Below, piece by piece: positions 38,742 to 48,831 of a DNA stretch of 64,000 nt. The notes under the pieces were generated by a model. That model ran no database searches. It was not told the origin of the DNA and was given only the letters and a program-made list of their open reading frames with translations. Source of the stretch: Candidatus Woesearchaeota archaeon. GTDB taxonomy: Archaea; Nanobdellota; Nanobdellia; Woesearchaeales; ARS49. Positions within the stretch are counted from its first letter, which is position 1. Each line of letters begins with the position of its first letter. Both the position numbers and the translations under genes were made by a program. The stretch is from assembly GCA_016215315.1 (NCBI GenBank), contig JACRKG010000045.1, positions 19,204 through 83,203 of the forward strand, in the 5' to 3' direction.

Positions 38742-39212
38742 ATGACTTACTTAATAAAAGGCGAACTTTCTCTTGAAAGCACTTTAGATTCTTGTGATAC
38801 TGAAGAATTAATAATTGAAGAGAAAAAATTATTCATGCCTAAGGAAGGTTGGGAATCATATTTAACAAGAAAATACAGCAACTGGAATAATGAATATACT
38901 GCTATTGGTGGTGAAATAATTATTTGGAAACAAAAAAGAATTCCTCTGCCTTGGCTTTACTGTTACGCGCAGGGAGAAGCAGTAGGATATTTTGTTGCAA
39001 GCGATGGAGTTATTTATCAACCAAGAACAGTTAAATTTGATGGAAAAATAACTACTTTAGGTTTAGCTATTGAGTTAGGTTTTGTTAATTTTCGAAAAAT
39101 CCATTCTGAAAAGAACACCAGAAAACAAACATTTAAAATTGGTTCACAAGAAGTAAATGTGGTGGAATCTAAAGAAGATACAAAAGACAGAAATTTTACA
39201 TTTAAAATTTAA
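38742..39212 (+). CDS. Hypothetical protein, tandem paralog 2
   Basis: LFMPKEGWESYLTRKY / RIPLPWLYCYAQG. Confidence 0.5.
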   Translation: MTYLIKGELSLESTLDSCDTEELIIEEKKLFMPKEGWESYLTRKYSNWNNEYTAIGGEIIIWKQKRIPLPWLYCYAQGEAVGYFVASDGVIYQPRTVKFDGKITTLGLAIELGFVNFRKIHSEKNTRKQTFKIGSQEVNVVESKEDTKDRNFTFKI

Positions 39213-39640
39213 CTAAAAGTAAGCACTCCTTTAGCTTTCTGAGTAAACTTGAGCATGTTTTGTTCAGAACTGAAAGTTCCATGAACATCAAGGTAAGGAA
39301 CAACTTCTTTGAGCACTTTATTGAATACTTTCTGGCCTTTCTTACTTAAAACTAAAGACTTGTTAATATAAGAAACATATTTTTGTTTTTCCAAAGCTTC
39401 AAAATTCTTGTACAAAGCTCGCTCTTTAATCTTAGCAATGTTAGAATTCATTGCCATCTCAACAAAAGCACTCTTAGAAATAACTGCACTATAAGGCTTA
39501 TCTTTAAACCTGCCATAAATACTGGAATGTAATAATCCTAAAGAATAAACCAATAATTTTTGTTGACGGTTTAGAGAGCTTATACCGTTATGATATAACG
39601 CAGATCTAAGTTTAAAAACCTTGCGAAAGTTTTTCCTCAC
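39209..39640 (-). CDS. Hypothetical protein
   Basis: ORF. Confidence 0.4.
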   Translation of the reverse strand: MRKNFRKVFKLRSALYHNGISSLNRQQKLLVYSLGLLHSSIYGRFKDKPYSAVISKSAFVEMAMNSNIAKIKERALYKNFEALEKQKYVSYINKSLVLSKKGQKVFNKVLKEVVPYLDVHGTFSSEQNMLKFTQKAKGVLTFS

Positions 39641-39710
39641 GGAAAAACTTAGCGGAGGAAATAAATAACTTGATTGAACGTCAAAAACCGCAAATCAATC
39701 CGCGAATGGT

Positions 39711-39941
39711 TCATTTCTTATCATGCCACTTTTTAATTGATAGATAAACATATCCAACCAAAGAAGAAACCAAAAAGAATATCACAAAACTTGCAATAAA
39801 TCTTCCACCTAAGTAACCTAGTAATTCACTAAAAATCATATTGTTTTCTGGAGGATGTGTTGCTAAACTTAATACTGCCCAAATTAAAGAAACTATTGAA
39901 ATCTTTTTCCAGTACTTTTCATAAAAGTTTTTTATTTTCAT
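39711..39941 (-). CDS. Small membrane protein
   Basis: Two hydrophobic helices; 4-nt overlap with upstream gene. Confidence 0.4.
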   Translation of the reverse strand: MKIKNFYEKYWKKISIVSLIWAVLSLATHPPENNMIFSELLGYLGGRFIASFVIFFLVSSLVGYVYLSIKKWHDKK

Positions 39942-40777
39942 TTCTTTCTTTTTGATGTATTTGCTATCATTTGTTCACCTTTCTTGACTTCAATTTCCAA
40001 CTTTTTAATGTCTTCTTCGGGCGGAAGTTCTTCAGGTTTTATTCCTCTTTTATTTAATAATTTTCTAACATCTGCATTATTTCTCATGTGCTCTTTTGAT
40101 ATGCTTTTTTCTCCTTTCAGATCGTCTTTTTTAATACTAAAATTGGTAATTTCAGTAGCAAGATTTTTAGCAGTGATAGTTATTGTAGGAAGAAAATCTG
40201 CAAGCGGTCTGCTTTGAGGCACGCCAAACTTGTTCTTCATTTGTGCTGTAGTTTTACCTCCAAAAAGAACTTGATCGCCTTTACTTCTTATTCTCGCAAA
40301 ACCATCATCATCAACTCCCCGCTCATAAATTAATTTTGATAATTCAGTTTCTGAGGCGACAAGCTTCTGTCTAGCATTAAGTCTTTCAACAAGTGCGATT
40401 CTTTGTTCTATTAATTCTTGCTTTCTTGTTTGAACTGCAAAATAGCTTTGAGCAAATGCAATTTCTTCTTTTCTCGGATCCCCATTTTGAGCTATAAGAT
40501 AACAAGCGTATCTGGTGAGCATAATATCTTCAATTTCTCTTTTAGCTCCAGATCCGATATCTACCATTTTCTTAACGTCAGGAAAATGGTCATTTGTGCT
40601 GTGTCCTGACTTCTTGCAAGCTATTTTTGCTTTTTCAATAACATGAACAAAGTTCTCCCATTTATCATAACCTAATAGAACCTGTAAATCTCTGGCAAAC
40701 CAAAATTCAACTCCTTCTGCTTCTTGAGCATAGTCTTCAAATGTTTTTTTCAGTTTTTTTATTATCTCTTTTTCCAT
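39938..40777 (-). CDS. DNA-damage-inducible protein D (DinD)-family protein
   Basis: EFWFARDLQVLLGYDKWENF...KKMVDIGSGAKREIEDIMLTRYACYLIAQNGDP matches DinD N-terminal signature. Confidence 0.65.
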   Translation of the reverse strand: MEKEIIKKLKKTFEDYAQEAEGVEFWFARDLQVLLGYDKWENFVHVIEKAKIACKKSGHSTNDHFPDVKKMVDIGSGAKREIEDIMLTRYACYLIAQNGDPRKEEIAFAQSYFAVQTRKQELIEQRIALVERLNARQKLVASETELSKLIYERGVDDDGFARIRSKGDQVLFGGKTTAQMKNKFGVPQSRPLADFLPTITITAKNLATEITNFSIKKDDLKGEKSISKEHMRNNADVRKLLNKRGIKPEELPPEEDIKKLEIEVKKGEQMIANTSKRKK

Positions 40778-40786
40778 TTTTGACTC

Positions 40787-41356
40787 TTATTTTCTTGAAA
40801 CAAATTCTGAACCTTTAATATAAAATCTTAATAATTTCTCTTTTGCTTGGCTTATTCCTATTCTTTGTGTTGATACTATTTTAAAGTTTTCCTTTTTCCC
40901 TTGCATCAATTTTAAATCAGAATTCTTGCTTAACAAATCTGCTCCATCTTCATTTCTAGTTATTTCTAAAGCAATAGTTAATTTTGCAGGACCGCTACAT
41001 AAATTTTTCAGGTCATTTGTTTTGCGATTTTTCTTCATGACTTCAACACCTTCAACAGGTTCTAAAGCTCTAATTAGTATTGCTTCGCCAAAACCTTTGT
41101 TCGTAACAACATTAAAACAATAATGCATACCATAAGTAAAGTAAACATAAGAGATTCCGGGCTTGCCAAAAACAGACTTATTTCTTTCAGTTTTCCCTTT
41201 GAAAGCATGTGATGCGGGATCATTTTTCAAGTACGCTTCGGTTTCAACTATTTTACCAACTAAATTTTTGTGAACCAAATACTTACCTAACAGATTTCTG
41301 GCTATTTCAATGGTCGATTTGTTAAAAAAGGATTTTGGCAAAGTTTTAAGATGCAT
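40787..41356 (-). CDS. mpg: DNA-3-methyladenine glycosylase (Mpg/AAG family)
   Basis: GKIVETEAY...DPASHAF..KTERN..VFG.PG..YVYFTYGMHYCFNVV. Confidence 0.8.
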   Translation of the reverse strand: MHLKTLPKSFFNKSTIEIARNLLGKYLVHKNLVGKIVETEAYLKNDPASHAFKGKTERNKSVFGKPGISYVYFTYGMHYCFNVVTNKGFGEAILIRALEPVEGVEVMKKNRKTNDLKNLCSGPAKLTIALEITRNEDGADLLSKNSDLKLMQGKKENFKIVSTQRIGISQAKEKLLRFYIKGSEFVSRK

Positions 41357-41830
41357 GAATTCTATCTTTCTTAATCAGTATAAAAATCTAATTGTGCAAA
41401 AAACTTTGTTAGTTACAGGCTTTACTATGAACTCCAAACCACAAACTCCAAACCTTTTCACTGGACACCCTTTTTTTGGGAAATCTTGCAAAAAAATTGA
41501 AAATTTTCCCAAACTTTTGCTAAGAAATTCACTAAGAAAAACTGAATTCATCGTCTAATTTATCAAAAAACCAATACACTGCAAACTACAAGCTGCAAAC
41601 TATAAACTAGAGTTCACTGGACACTGGACATTTACCCGTAGGCTATTTAAACAAACCCTAGAATTAATATTTACTGGCAAGGCAAGAGAGAGTGAATATT
41701 TAAGTGCCCACGCATTTGAATATTCATTCCTTGAAACCTTGTCAGCTACCTTATATAAAAAGGTTTTGGTGAATAATTCAAAAAAGCAAATTTTACTAGC
41801 GTTAGCTCTAAAACACTTGGAGGTGAGAAA

Positions 41831-42187
41831 ATGAGCGAAAGTCAAAGTAGGTATAGTATCGTGGAAAGGTTAACTAAAACGAGACTTGAAATAATGGACT
41901 CAAAGGCAAGTCTTGAAGAAGACTTGAAGAAGAAAAAATATGAGATAGATGACTTGAAAAAACAGTTAACTGACTGGAATGAAGATATTAAAGAAATAGT
42001 GAGCAGAGAAAAAAGAAGTAAAGAAAGAGAAGTGGATGATGCTGAAAGAAGTTATGAGAATTCAAAACAGCATTTGGAAACTAAAAGAAAGGCATTTGAT
42101 GAGAAACTAAAAGCAATAGACTCGGCTCTTGAAAGCATAGAAGAAATTTCAAGAAGTGCTGCAGTTCAAGAAACGTCTCAGTCCTGA
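41831..42187 (+). CDS. Coiled-coil small protein
   Basis: GGAGGTGAG SD; K/E-rich heptads. Confidence 0.45.
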   Translation: MSESQSRYSIVERLTKTRLEIMDSKASLEEDLKKKKYEIDDLKKQLTDWNEDIKEIVSREKRSKEREVDDAERSYENSKQHLETKRKAFDEKLKAIDSALESIEEISRSAAVQETSQS

Positions 42188-42285
42188 AAAATAAAGCACT
42201 GCCATGCGCTGAGGACTCAATACGGTAGAAAATGTGCAATGCCATGTGCTGCAACCTCCGCAGTCCGCCGACTATGGAACTGCAG

Positions 42286-42324
42286 GCGAGAATTCTTAAC
42301 AGAGTTCTCGCTATGAGGTTTTTT
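42286..42324 (+). terminator. Terminator-like hairpin (10-bp stem GCGAGAATTC/AGTTCTCGC) followed by T6, within a GC-rich structured region 42196-42324
   Basis: Hairpin plus oligo-T immediately downstream of gene 41831-42187. Confidence 0.35.
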
Positions 42325-42444
42325 AATTTTTGAAAGGAAAAAATAAGGTGGCACTAAAATAGTATTTTGTTATACATAACATAAAGTATGTTATTCATAA
42401 CAGAAAAATTTCAGAGTGCCTTGCAAAATTCGTAAAATATCTGC

Positions 42445-42879
42445 TTAACTTTTCAGGATGGATTTAATATTCTCAACACAAATCCAAGCACTCATCAAAC
42501 CGTAACCTGTTTTGTCTATGCTGAAAGGTTTGATTTTTTGAACATTTTTCAAAAAGATCAAAATGCAGTAATTTTTATCATCAAAATATTTCCAAAATTC
42601 TTTATCTTTATTTTCGGACAAACAAATAGCTTTGCTATATTTTTCTACTAATTCTTTTATTTTCTCAAGATTTAAGTTTTCAAACTGCAATACTTGTTCA
42701 ACTTCTGCTTTGAATGTTACAGGATCCCCAGAATCTTTAAAATAAATTATTTCTCCTTTTTTTATTTTATTCCAAGGGTATCTTTTGAATTTGTACCATC
42801 TGGATTCTATTGTTTTCTCTCCTGACAAAATTTTCTTAGCTAGTTTTCTGCTTTTTTTAAGAATTGCCAAATGATCCAT
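42445..42879 (-). CDS. ASCH-domain protein
   Basis: ILSGEKTIESRW motif. Confidence 0.6.
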   Translation of the reverse strand: MDHLAILKKSRKLAKKILSGEKTIESRWYKFKRYPWNKIKKGEIIYFKDSGDPVTFKAEVEQVLQFENLNLEKIKELVEKYSKAICLSENKDKEFWKYFDDKNYCILIFLKNVQKIKPFSIDKTGYGLMSAWICVENIKSILKS

Positions 42880-43586
42880 TAAATCGCACCAGTCAAGTAT
42901 TTTTTTCTTTTTTCTTCACCAAATTTTTCAATTGCATATCTCAACATAGTTCTAGGCATTTGTTTGTAATGTTTTTTTAAGAAATCTTTCAGCACGTCTT
43001 GATTTTTCTTCCCAACTTCTCTAAGCATCCAGCCAACTGCTTTATGAATTAAGTCATGTTCATCTTTGATAAGAATTTCTGAAATTTTTAGTGTGTCTTC
43101 AAATTTATTGTTCTTAATAAATTGAAATGTTGCAATTATTGCAATTCTTTTGTCCCATAATTTTTTGGATTTAGCAAGGGAGTAAAGAAGCCATTTATCT
43201 TTCAATCCATCAAGTATTGCTTGACCTAAAATTTTATCTGCACTAGAATCAACTAAATCCCAATTATTAACTCTGTTTCTGTGGGATAAATAAAAATTAA
43301 CTAATTTTTTATCTTTATTTTTCTGAAACTGCTTTATTAATATAAATAAAGCAACAAGTCTTTCTTCATGAATTTTGCTTCTAATTAACGCTTCAATATA
43401 TTTTATTGGAAGATCTTTGTGTGTTTCAGCAATTTTTCTCTGTTCTGGAACTGTCGACCCTAAAAAAACATCCCCTTCGCCGTATTCTCCTTTTTTTGTT
43501 TTAAAAAATTTTTGGCCGATTTCTGCCCGGGATTTATTAGAATGTTGTTTGAATTCTTTCCTGATTTCTTTGAGTTCATTAAACAT
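42879..43586 (-). CDS. DNA alkylation repair enzyme (AlkD/AlkC-like HEAT-repeat glycosylase family)
   Basis: Helical repeat protein with WDLVDSSADKILGQ block typical of DNA_alkylation family. Confidence 0.6.
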   Translation of the reverse strand: MFNELKEIRKEFKQHSNKSRAEIGQKFFKTKKGEYGEGDVFLGSTVPEQRKIAETHKDLPIKYIEALIRSKIHEERLVALFILIKQFQKNKDKKLVNFYLSHRNRVNNWDLVDSSADKILGQAILDGLKDKWLLYSLAKSKKLWDKRIAIIATFQFIKNNKFEDTLKISEILIKDEHDLIHKAVGWMLREVGKKNQDVLKDFLKKHYKQMPRTMLRYAIEKFGEEKRKKYLTGAI

Positions 43587-43618
43587 AGTTTGCTAATTCT
43601 TGAGAAGTATTTAAATTT

Positions 43619-44323
43619 TTATTTTAAATAAGCTCTTACTTCCTTATAGACTTCTTCTGGATGAAAATTTGGCCAAGAATGATTTTTGGGAAGGATTTTA
43701 TGAGTTATGTTTTTGTGCTCAAATAATTTCTTTGATTTCTCATTTGGAGGAAAAAATTCATCATATTTTGCTTCAATAACTAAACTAGGATGTTCTGGAG
43801 TGAAAGCATAAGTGCAACTATTCAAGTTGTTAACAAAAGCAATTATGTTAGAAAGATTTCTTGTTATTTTCCATGTAATATTTTTTGCCAAACGTGAACC
43901 TTTTGAAGGGCAAAAAATGCTTCCTTTAACTCCTTGATAAACTGCTCTAGCCAAGAAAGTTTGAATACCATAATCAACAGGAACAATAGGACTAATGGCA
44001 ATATTTTTTTCTGCGGAAACAGGTTCTTTAAGAGTTAAATGTCCTCCTAAACTATGGCCGAAAACATAGCGAGGCTCTATTTTGTGTGTTAAACATAATT
44101 CTTGTAATCTTTCAATGTATTCATCAATACTTCTAGGCTGTGGATGGTGTTTTTTCATTTTAGAAGTGGTAGGAACAACAACTTCATAATTTTGAGATAA
44201 TAATTCTAAAAGATCTTGATAATCTTCAGTAACAGTTCCTAAACCTCTAAGAAACAACAAAACATTACTTTTACCTCTACCAAAATAAGTGATAGCGCCG
44301 TTATCAATAACACAACCCGCCAT
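43619..44323 (-). CDS. Alpha/beta-fold hydrolase
   Basis: GHSLGG nucleophile elbow. Confidence 0.6.
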   Translation of the reverse strand: MAGCVIDNGAITYFGRGKSNVLLFLRGLGTVTEDYQDLLELLSQNYEVVVPTTSKMKKHHPQPRSIDEYIERLQELCLTHKIEPRYVFGHSLGGHLTLKEPVSAEKNIAISPIVPVDYGIQTFLARAVYQGVKGSIFCPSKGSRLAKNITWKITRNLSNIIAFVNNLNSCTYAFTPEHPSLVIEAKYDEFFPPNEKSKKLFEHKNITHKILPKNHSWPNFHPEEVYKEVRAYLK

Positions 44324-44372
44324 AAATGTTCATAACATAATAGAATTTAAAACACTTTCTGCCGATTATTAT

Positions 44373-44984
44373 CTATTTTTTAAGGATTCTTTTTATTTCT
44401 TTCAAATAATTCTTTCTATTACCCACGCTTACTACTGGCAATTTATGCTTTTTTGCTTCCTTTTTAATAAAATCATTAAATGCAGCAACCCACTCAACTT
44501 CTTTCTCCTTAACACTATCAGGGTATTTGCTTGCTTCGTCCCATAAGCCTCTAGTAAAAATAGTTTTTCTAACTCTATCTAAATCTTCATCCACTAAGAA
44601 GACTGCTTTAACATTTTTATTCTTCTTAACTAACTTAGCAACCAAATGAGGCAAAATTGCTACGCCTTCAACAATAAATGATTTCCAAACATAATCTGTT
44701 TCTATTAATGCCTTTACTCCTTTCCAAACTTCTTTATTTTCTTTATTGTGCAGGTTAACAATTTCTTCGGCAGTATTGCTTGTTAGAAATTTTACTGCAA
44801 GCTTAGGCGTAGATTCAGAATGCAAAAACAATGCAGGATAATCTGTTTTTCTAACTAATTCTCTCATTTGTTCTCTTATAGTATCTGTAGAAATCCAAGG
44901 CAATTTAAGTTCTTCAGCTATTTTTCTTGCAGTATAACTTTTGCCTGCGGTAGGAGAACCTCCAATTAAGATGATTTTGTTCAT
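44373..44984 (-). CDS. P-loop kinase-like ATP-binding protein
   Basis: ILIGGSPTAGKSY Walker A. Confidence 0.55.
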   Translation of the reverse strand: MNKIILIGGSPTAGKSYTARKIAEELKLPWISTDTIREQMRELVRKTDYPALFLHSESTPKLAVKFLTSNTAEEIVNLHNKENKEVWKGVKALIETDYVWKSFIVEGVAILPHLVAKLVKKNKNVKAVFLVDEDLDRVRKTIFTRGLWDEASKYPDSVKEKEVEWVAAFNDFIKKEAKKHKLPVVSVGNRKNYLKEIKRILKK

Positions 44985-45095
44985 AAAAAATACTGCGTAT
45001 TTTTTAGTTTATAAAACTTTTTAGGAAAACAAGCAACTCAAGCGTGATGCGCACTACTGTGCTTACCCGCAAATACTTTTTTTCAGGTTCATGAT

Positions 45096-45168
45096 TAGCT
45101 CCGCTCGGATTTGAACCGAGGTCTAGAGGGCCAGAACCTCTTATGCTTGACCACTACACCACGGAGCT
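45096..45168 (-). tRNA. tRNA-Gln(CTG)
   Basis: Reverse complement folds: acceptor AGCTCCG/CGGAGCT, anticodon stem AGAGG/CCTCT loop TTCTGGC, T-arm CTCGG-TTCAAAT-CCGAG. Confidence 0.7.
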
Positions 45169-45204
45169 ATTTGATAACAGAAACTAGATTAGTATTATAA
45201 ATTT

Positions 45205-46113
45205 TTATTGCTGTGCTGGCGGTTTGTTTTCTGTTGGTGGAGGAGGATTGTTTTTATTTAGTTCGTCTTTAATTCTGTGAAAAACATCGCTTTTTCTTGC
45301 GTTTAAATCGTTGATTTTTTCTTTTCTTAATTTTATAGAAGAACTAAGAACATCAAATAAGTTTTGTGTTGAGGATAGACAAGTTTCGATCATATTTGTT
45401 ATTGTTTCGCTTTTCCAGGTTAATTTCGCTTCGTTCATTGAACTTAATAATTCATAGATTTTCTCAAAAGAACTTATTATGCTGTTAAATATTAGTTCTG
45501 TATTAACTGAGTCTATGTTTTTCACAAAAATGGAGTCATCTGATTTATTTATCAAAGCAAAAGTTTCTCTGAGAGAATCTTCTAATGGAGAAATAAAATT
45601 GTACATACTGATTATTTCTCTTCTTCTTATACTGCCATCTTCAACTTTAGTTATCATTCTATCTAAGTTTTGTCTGAACAATAAAAGAGAAGATCTTAAT
45701 TTGTTTATTCTCTCAGTAAACGAAAGGTCGTACAATTCATTGAGTATTGCGTCTTGTTTTATCGAAACTAATTTTGAAGTTACTAACGCTAAAAGCAATA
45801 GTCCTGAAATAACTTCCAATATGGCAATCAGTTTAAACGAACCTGTAGGGATGATATCTCCAAAACCAGTAGTTGTTGCAGAAACAAAACTAAAATAGAG
45901 TGAATCAGTAACACTATTTACGGGTGTTTCTTTTGCAACATAAAGAAGAAAAGAATTACTTCCGCTGAAAAAATAGTAAATAAATCCAAAAAGAATAATT
46001 GCGAAAATCCAGAAAATAAGAATATTGGCAAAACTGACTTTATCAAGGAAGCTAGTTAGTTTTTTCTGTTTTAAGCTTCTAAAAAATGCATCAATATCCA
46101 GAAAATCTTTCAC
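45205..46113 (-). CDS. Two-TM potassium channel with cytoplasmic C-terminal domain
   Basis: Selectivity-filter-like ATTTGFGDI between two TM helices. Confidence 0.6.
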   Translation of the reverse strand: MKDFLDIDAFFRSLKQKKLTSFLDKVSFANILIFWIFAIILFGFIYYFFSGSNSFLLYVAKETPVNSVTDSLYFSFVSATTTGFGDIIPTGSFKLIAILEVISGLLLLALVTSKLVSIKQDAILNELYDLSFTERINKLRSSLLLFRQNLDRMITKVEDGSIRRREIISMYNFISPLEDSLRETFALINKSDDSIFVKNIDSVNTELIFNSIISSFEKIYELLSSMNEAKLTWKSETITNMIETCLSSTQNLFDVLSSSIKLRKEKINDLNARKSDVFHRIKDELNKNNPPPPTENKPPAQQ

Positions 46114-46213
46114 GAGCCCACCTCAATAAATTGGAAATTGTGGTTGTTTATAAAGTTTGTTTTTATTACCCTTAAAATACTAAAAAATTATATACTTTTC
46201 TCTGTTTCTATTC

Positions 46214-47164
46214 TTGATGGGGATAAATCCTGAACTAAAATCGCACTTGGCACACTTGGGTAATTTAGGAATCTTTACTGCGTATAGATCAATGCCTTTT
46301 TTTCATTTACTAAAATACACCGGTTTTACTAATTTTACAGAACAGAGAGGTTGTATGTCAGTTAAGAATAAATCTTCAAAAACAGATGATTTAATTGACT
46401 GGCTAGAAATAGTCTTGAATGATAATGTTTTGAGATTTGATGAATGGGGGCAAATTCTTGAGTGTAAATTAACAGATGAAGATCAGAAAGAATTGATTGT
46501 TGTACTAAAAGGTTTTGAAGAATACTTAGTGCATTCTTTATTCAGAACGTATTTTTTTAAGAGTACTGTTGGAGTTGATGCTCCTTTAGAGGATTACTTG
46601 AACATGAACGTTTGTCCTATTGTAGTTGAGTTTTACAATTTTATCGAGTCTGATTTTAAAAAAATAGAACCATTGCTCAAAGAAGCAAAAATAACTGTTG
46701 AAAAACTTAAATTTTTCAAAAGCGAATATAATATTGAGGTTGAACTTGGAAAGGATTTTTTGAAACTGAGCGCAAAAAATTCTTTCATAAAGATTCCTTT
46801 AGTTAAATTTGAAAGGCATTACTTCACTCAGACTTACAAAGCAAGAGGGGATATCTTATATTCTTATGTAAAATTCAGAGACCAATGGATGAATGTTCCC
46901 GAACCATCAAAATTCACTTTAGATCCTCTCAATACTGGTATTTCAGCAATATATTTCTCGGAGTATTATGATAAAAAAGTGAGAGAAACAGAATCGGGAA
47001 AAGAATCAATGGAAGAAATAGACAAATCTTTTCCGCTAAAACAAAAAATCTCTTTGGTAGAATATCAAGGAGACCAGAAAATATGTGCTCGTCTCGCAGG
47101 AAGATTACTTTGTTCTTTGGGAAGTTATATGGCTAAAAATGGAAAAAACTTATTAGTGTTATGA
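46214..47164 (+). CDS. Hypothetical protein (316 aa)
   Basis: ORF. Confidence 0.45.
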   Translation: MMGINPELKSHLAHLGNLGIFTAYRSMPFFHLLKYTGFTNFTEQRGCMSVKNKSSKTDDLIDWLEIVLNDNVLRFDEWGQILECKLTDEDQKELIVVLKGFEEYLVHSLFRTYFFKSTVGVDAPLEDYLNMNVCPIVVEFYNFIESDFKKIEPLLKEAKITVEKLKFFKSEYNIEVELGKDFLKLSAKNSFIKIPLVKFERHYFTQTYKARGDILYSYVKFRDQWMNVPEPSKFTLDPLNTGISAIYFSEYYDKKVRETESGKESMEEIDKSFPLKQKISLVEYQGDQKICARLAGRLLCSLGSYMAKNGKNLLVL

Positions 47165-47706
47165 TTATAATTAGCCCATGTTTGAGCTTGACCTTTGAAT
47201 TTTTCACTCGCTTCTATTCTGTGTATTACACTTTCATTACAAGGCTTATATTTTTTCTTTACTTCTTAATAAGCGGTGAAAACATGGTCAAACAAACTAA
47301 TGTATTTGAAAAGATTGAACAATTTAAAAATGTTTTGAAGCCTTTAACGGTTGGAAAAACAGATCAAGACATAAAATTAATGCTTTGTCATTGTAAGCAT
47401 TACAATCTCAGTCTAAGAAAAAGCTTAACTACAGAAGAATATGCTTTAAATGATTTTCTTATGAAAAAAGGTTTGAATGCTAAAACTATTTATGAAAATT
47501 TTGTATTCATAGATTATCCTCAAAGCATAAAGAACTTGTTAGCAGAGAGGAAGATTTCCATAAAAGAAGCGCAATCGCGTTTTATGGCAATTAAAAAATT
47601 GGTAAACGTGAGGGATGGTAAAGATTTAATGACTGAAATAAAATCAGTCATAAGGAGGTTAGAATGGTCTGGGCTCAACAAAACTATCACAACACAGGAA
47701 ATTTAA
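47161..47706 (+). CDS. Hypothetical protein (181 aa)
   Basis: ORF overlapping by 4 nt. Confidence 0.45.
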   Translation: MIIISPCLSLTFEFFTRFYSVYYTFITRLIFFLYFLISGENMVKQTNVFEKIEQFKNVLKPLTVGKTDQDIKLMLCHCKHYNLSLRKSLTTEEYALNDFLMKKGLNAKTIYENFVFIDYPQSIKNLLAERKISIKEAQSRFMAIKKLVNVRDGKDLMTEIKSVIRRLEWSGLNKTITTQEI

Positions 47707-48497
47707 GCAAAACTCAAGAAAAAAAGAGAAAAAGAAAAAGATTTCCTAATGTATTTTTCAAGAACGAAATAACTGAATTATTTGACAATATTGAAGATCT
47801 TAAAACGATGATGGCTAGTTTTTTGGCTTTCTTTTGCGCATTAAGAAATAGTGAAGTATGCAAACTAAAATGGCAAGATATAGACTTAGAAAACAAAAGA
47901 TTAAAGGTTGTGGACGGTAAAAACCACAAAGACGGATTTATACCAATAAGTTCTGTATGCATACCAATACTCAGAAAATGGCGGCAAATAAACTCTGAGT
48001 CAGAATATTTTTTGTCGGGGGAAGCAAAAGGGCTGCCGTTCTTAAGCTCGCATGCATTACTGGAGCGCTTTAAAGTTGCATTATCCAGAGCAAATCTTGA
48101 CATTCCAACAGAGAAAAATGCGGGAGGAAATCAACAGCATCAATACAAATTTCATACTTTGAGGCACTCTAGATGCACCCACTTATTGAACAATGGTGTG
48201 CCAATACAAAAAGTTCAGCACTTCATGAGGCACGACAAAATAGAAACAACAATGCATTACACGTGGATCTTAGACACAGAATTAAACAAAATGGTAGAAA
48301 AAGTTGATACTTCGCCAATGAAAATGTATCAAGAAATAATGCCGGAAAACAATCAATTTACTCAAACACAAACAATAGTGCAGCAAGAACACAGCAATCC
48401 AATAGAAATCGCCAAAAGACGCTTAGCATTTGGAGAAATCAGCCCCAGAGAATTTAAAAGAATAGTTGGAGTGCTTCAAACACCGCTAAGTGTCTGA
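47664..48497 (+). CDS. Tyrosine recombinase/integrase (XerC/XerD/phage integrase family)
   Basis: ALRNSE (R), HTLRHS (HxxR), RHDKIETTMHY (R/H...Y) catalytic signature. Confidence 0.75.
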   Translation: MVWAQQNYHNTGNLSKTQEKKRKRKRFPNVFFKNEITELFDNIEDLKTMMASFLAFFCALRNSEVCKLKWQDIDLENKRLKVVDGKNHKDGFIPISSVCIPILRKWRQINSESEYFLSGEAKGLPFLSSHALLERFKVALSRANLDIPTEKNAGGNQQHQYKFHTLRHSRCTHLLNNGVPIQKVQHFMRHDKIETTMHYTWILDTELNKMVEKVDTSPMKMYQEIMPENNQFTQTQTIVQQEHSNPIEIAKRRLAFGEISPREFKRIVGVLQTPLSV

Positions 48498-48524
48498 AAA
48501 GTTACTTCTTTTTTTCAGTCCATT

Positions 48525-48800
48525 TTGGACTGCTTTTTTTCTTCAACCCAATATTTATTCTCACTTATCTTTCATAAGAATATGAAAAATAAAAAAATAA
48601 AAAAGCAAAAAAACAGATATAGGTTCAACTTTATTGAAGAAGAACCGGCAGTTTCTTTTTGTGAAATTTGCGGCGTCCCTTCAAAAGACGCTAAAGTAAT
48701 GTTTTCTAGAAAATTCAAGTGCGAAATTTGTACAACCTGCTACGAGGAAAGACTAAATGAAAACACAGGGGATGTTATAGATCCAAAATGGTGGAAATAA
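48525..48800 (+). CDS. Zinc-ribbon small protein
   Basis: CEICG...CEICTTC. Confidence 0.4.
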   Translation: MDCFFSSTQYLFSLIFHKNMKNKKIKKQKNRYRFNFIEEEPAVSFCEICGVPSKDAKVMFSRKFKCEICTTCYEERLNENTGDVIDPKWWK

Positions 48801-48831
48801 AAGTTCAAAAATATCAAGGAGGAAAAACAAA

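Noticed and set aside
41310-41845. ORFs 41310-41558 (+) and 41600-41845 (-)
   Set aside because: They fall in a repeat-rich intergenic region (octamer arrays) with no SD or motif; more likely non-coding.
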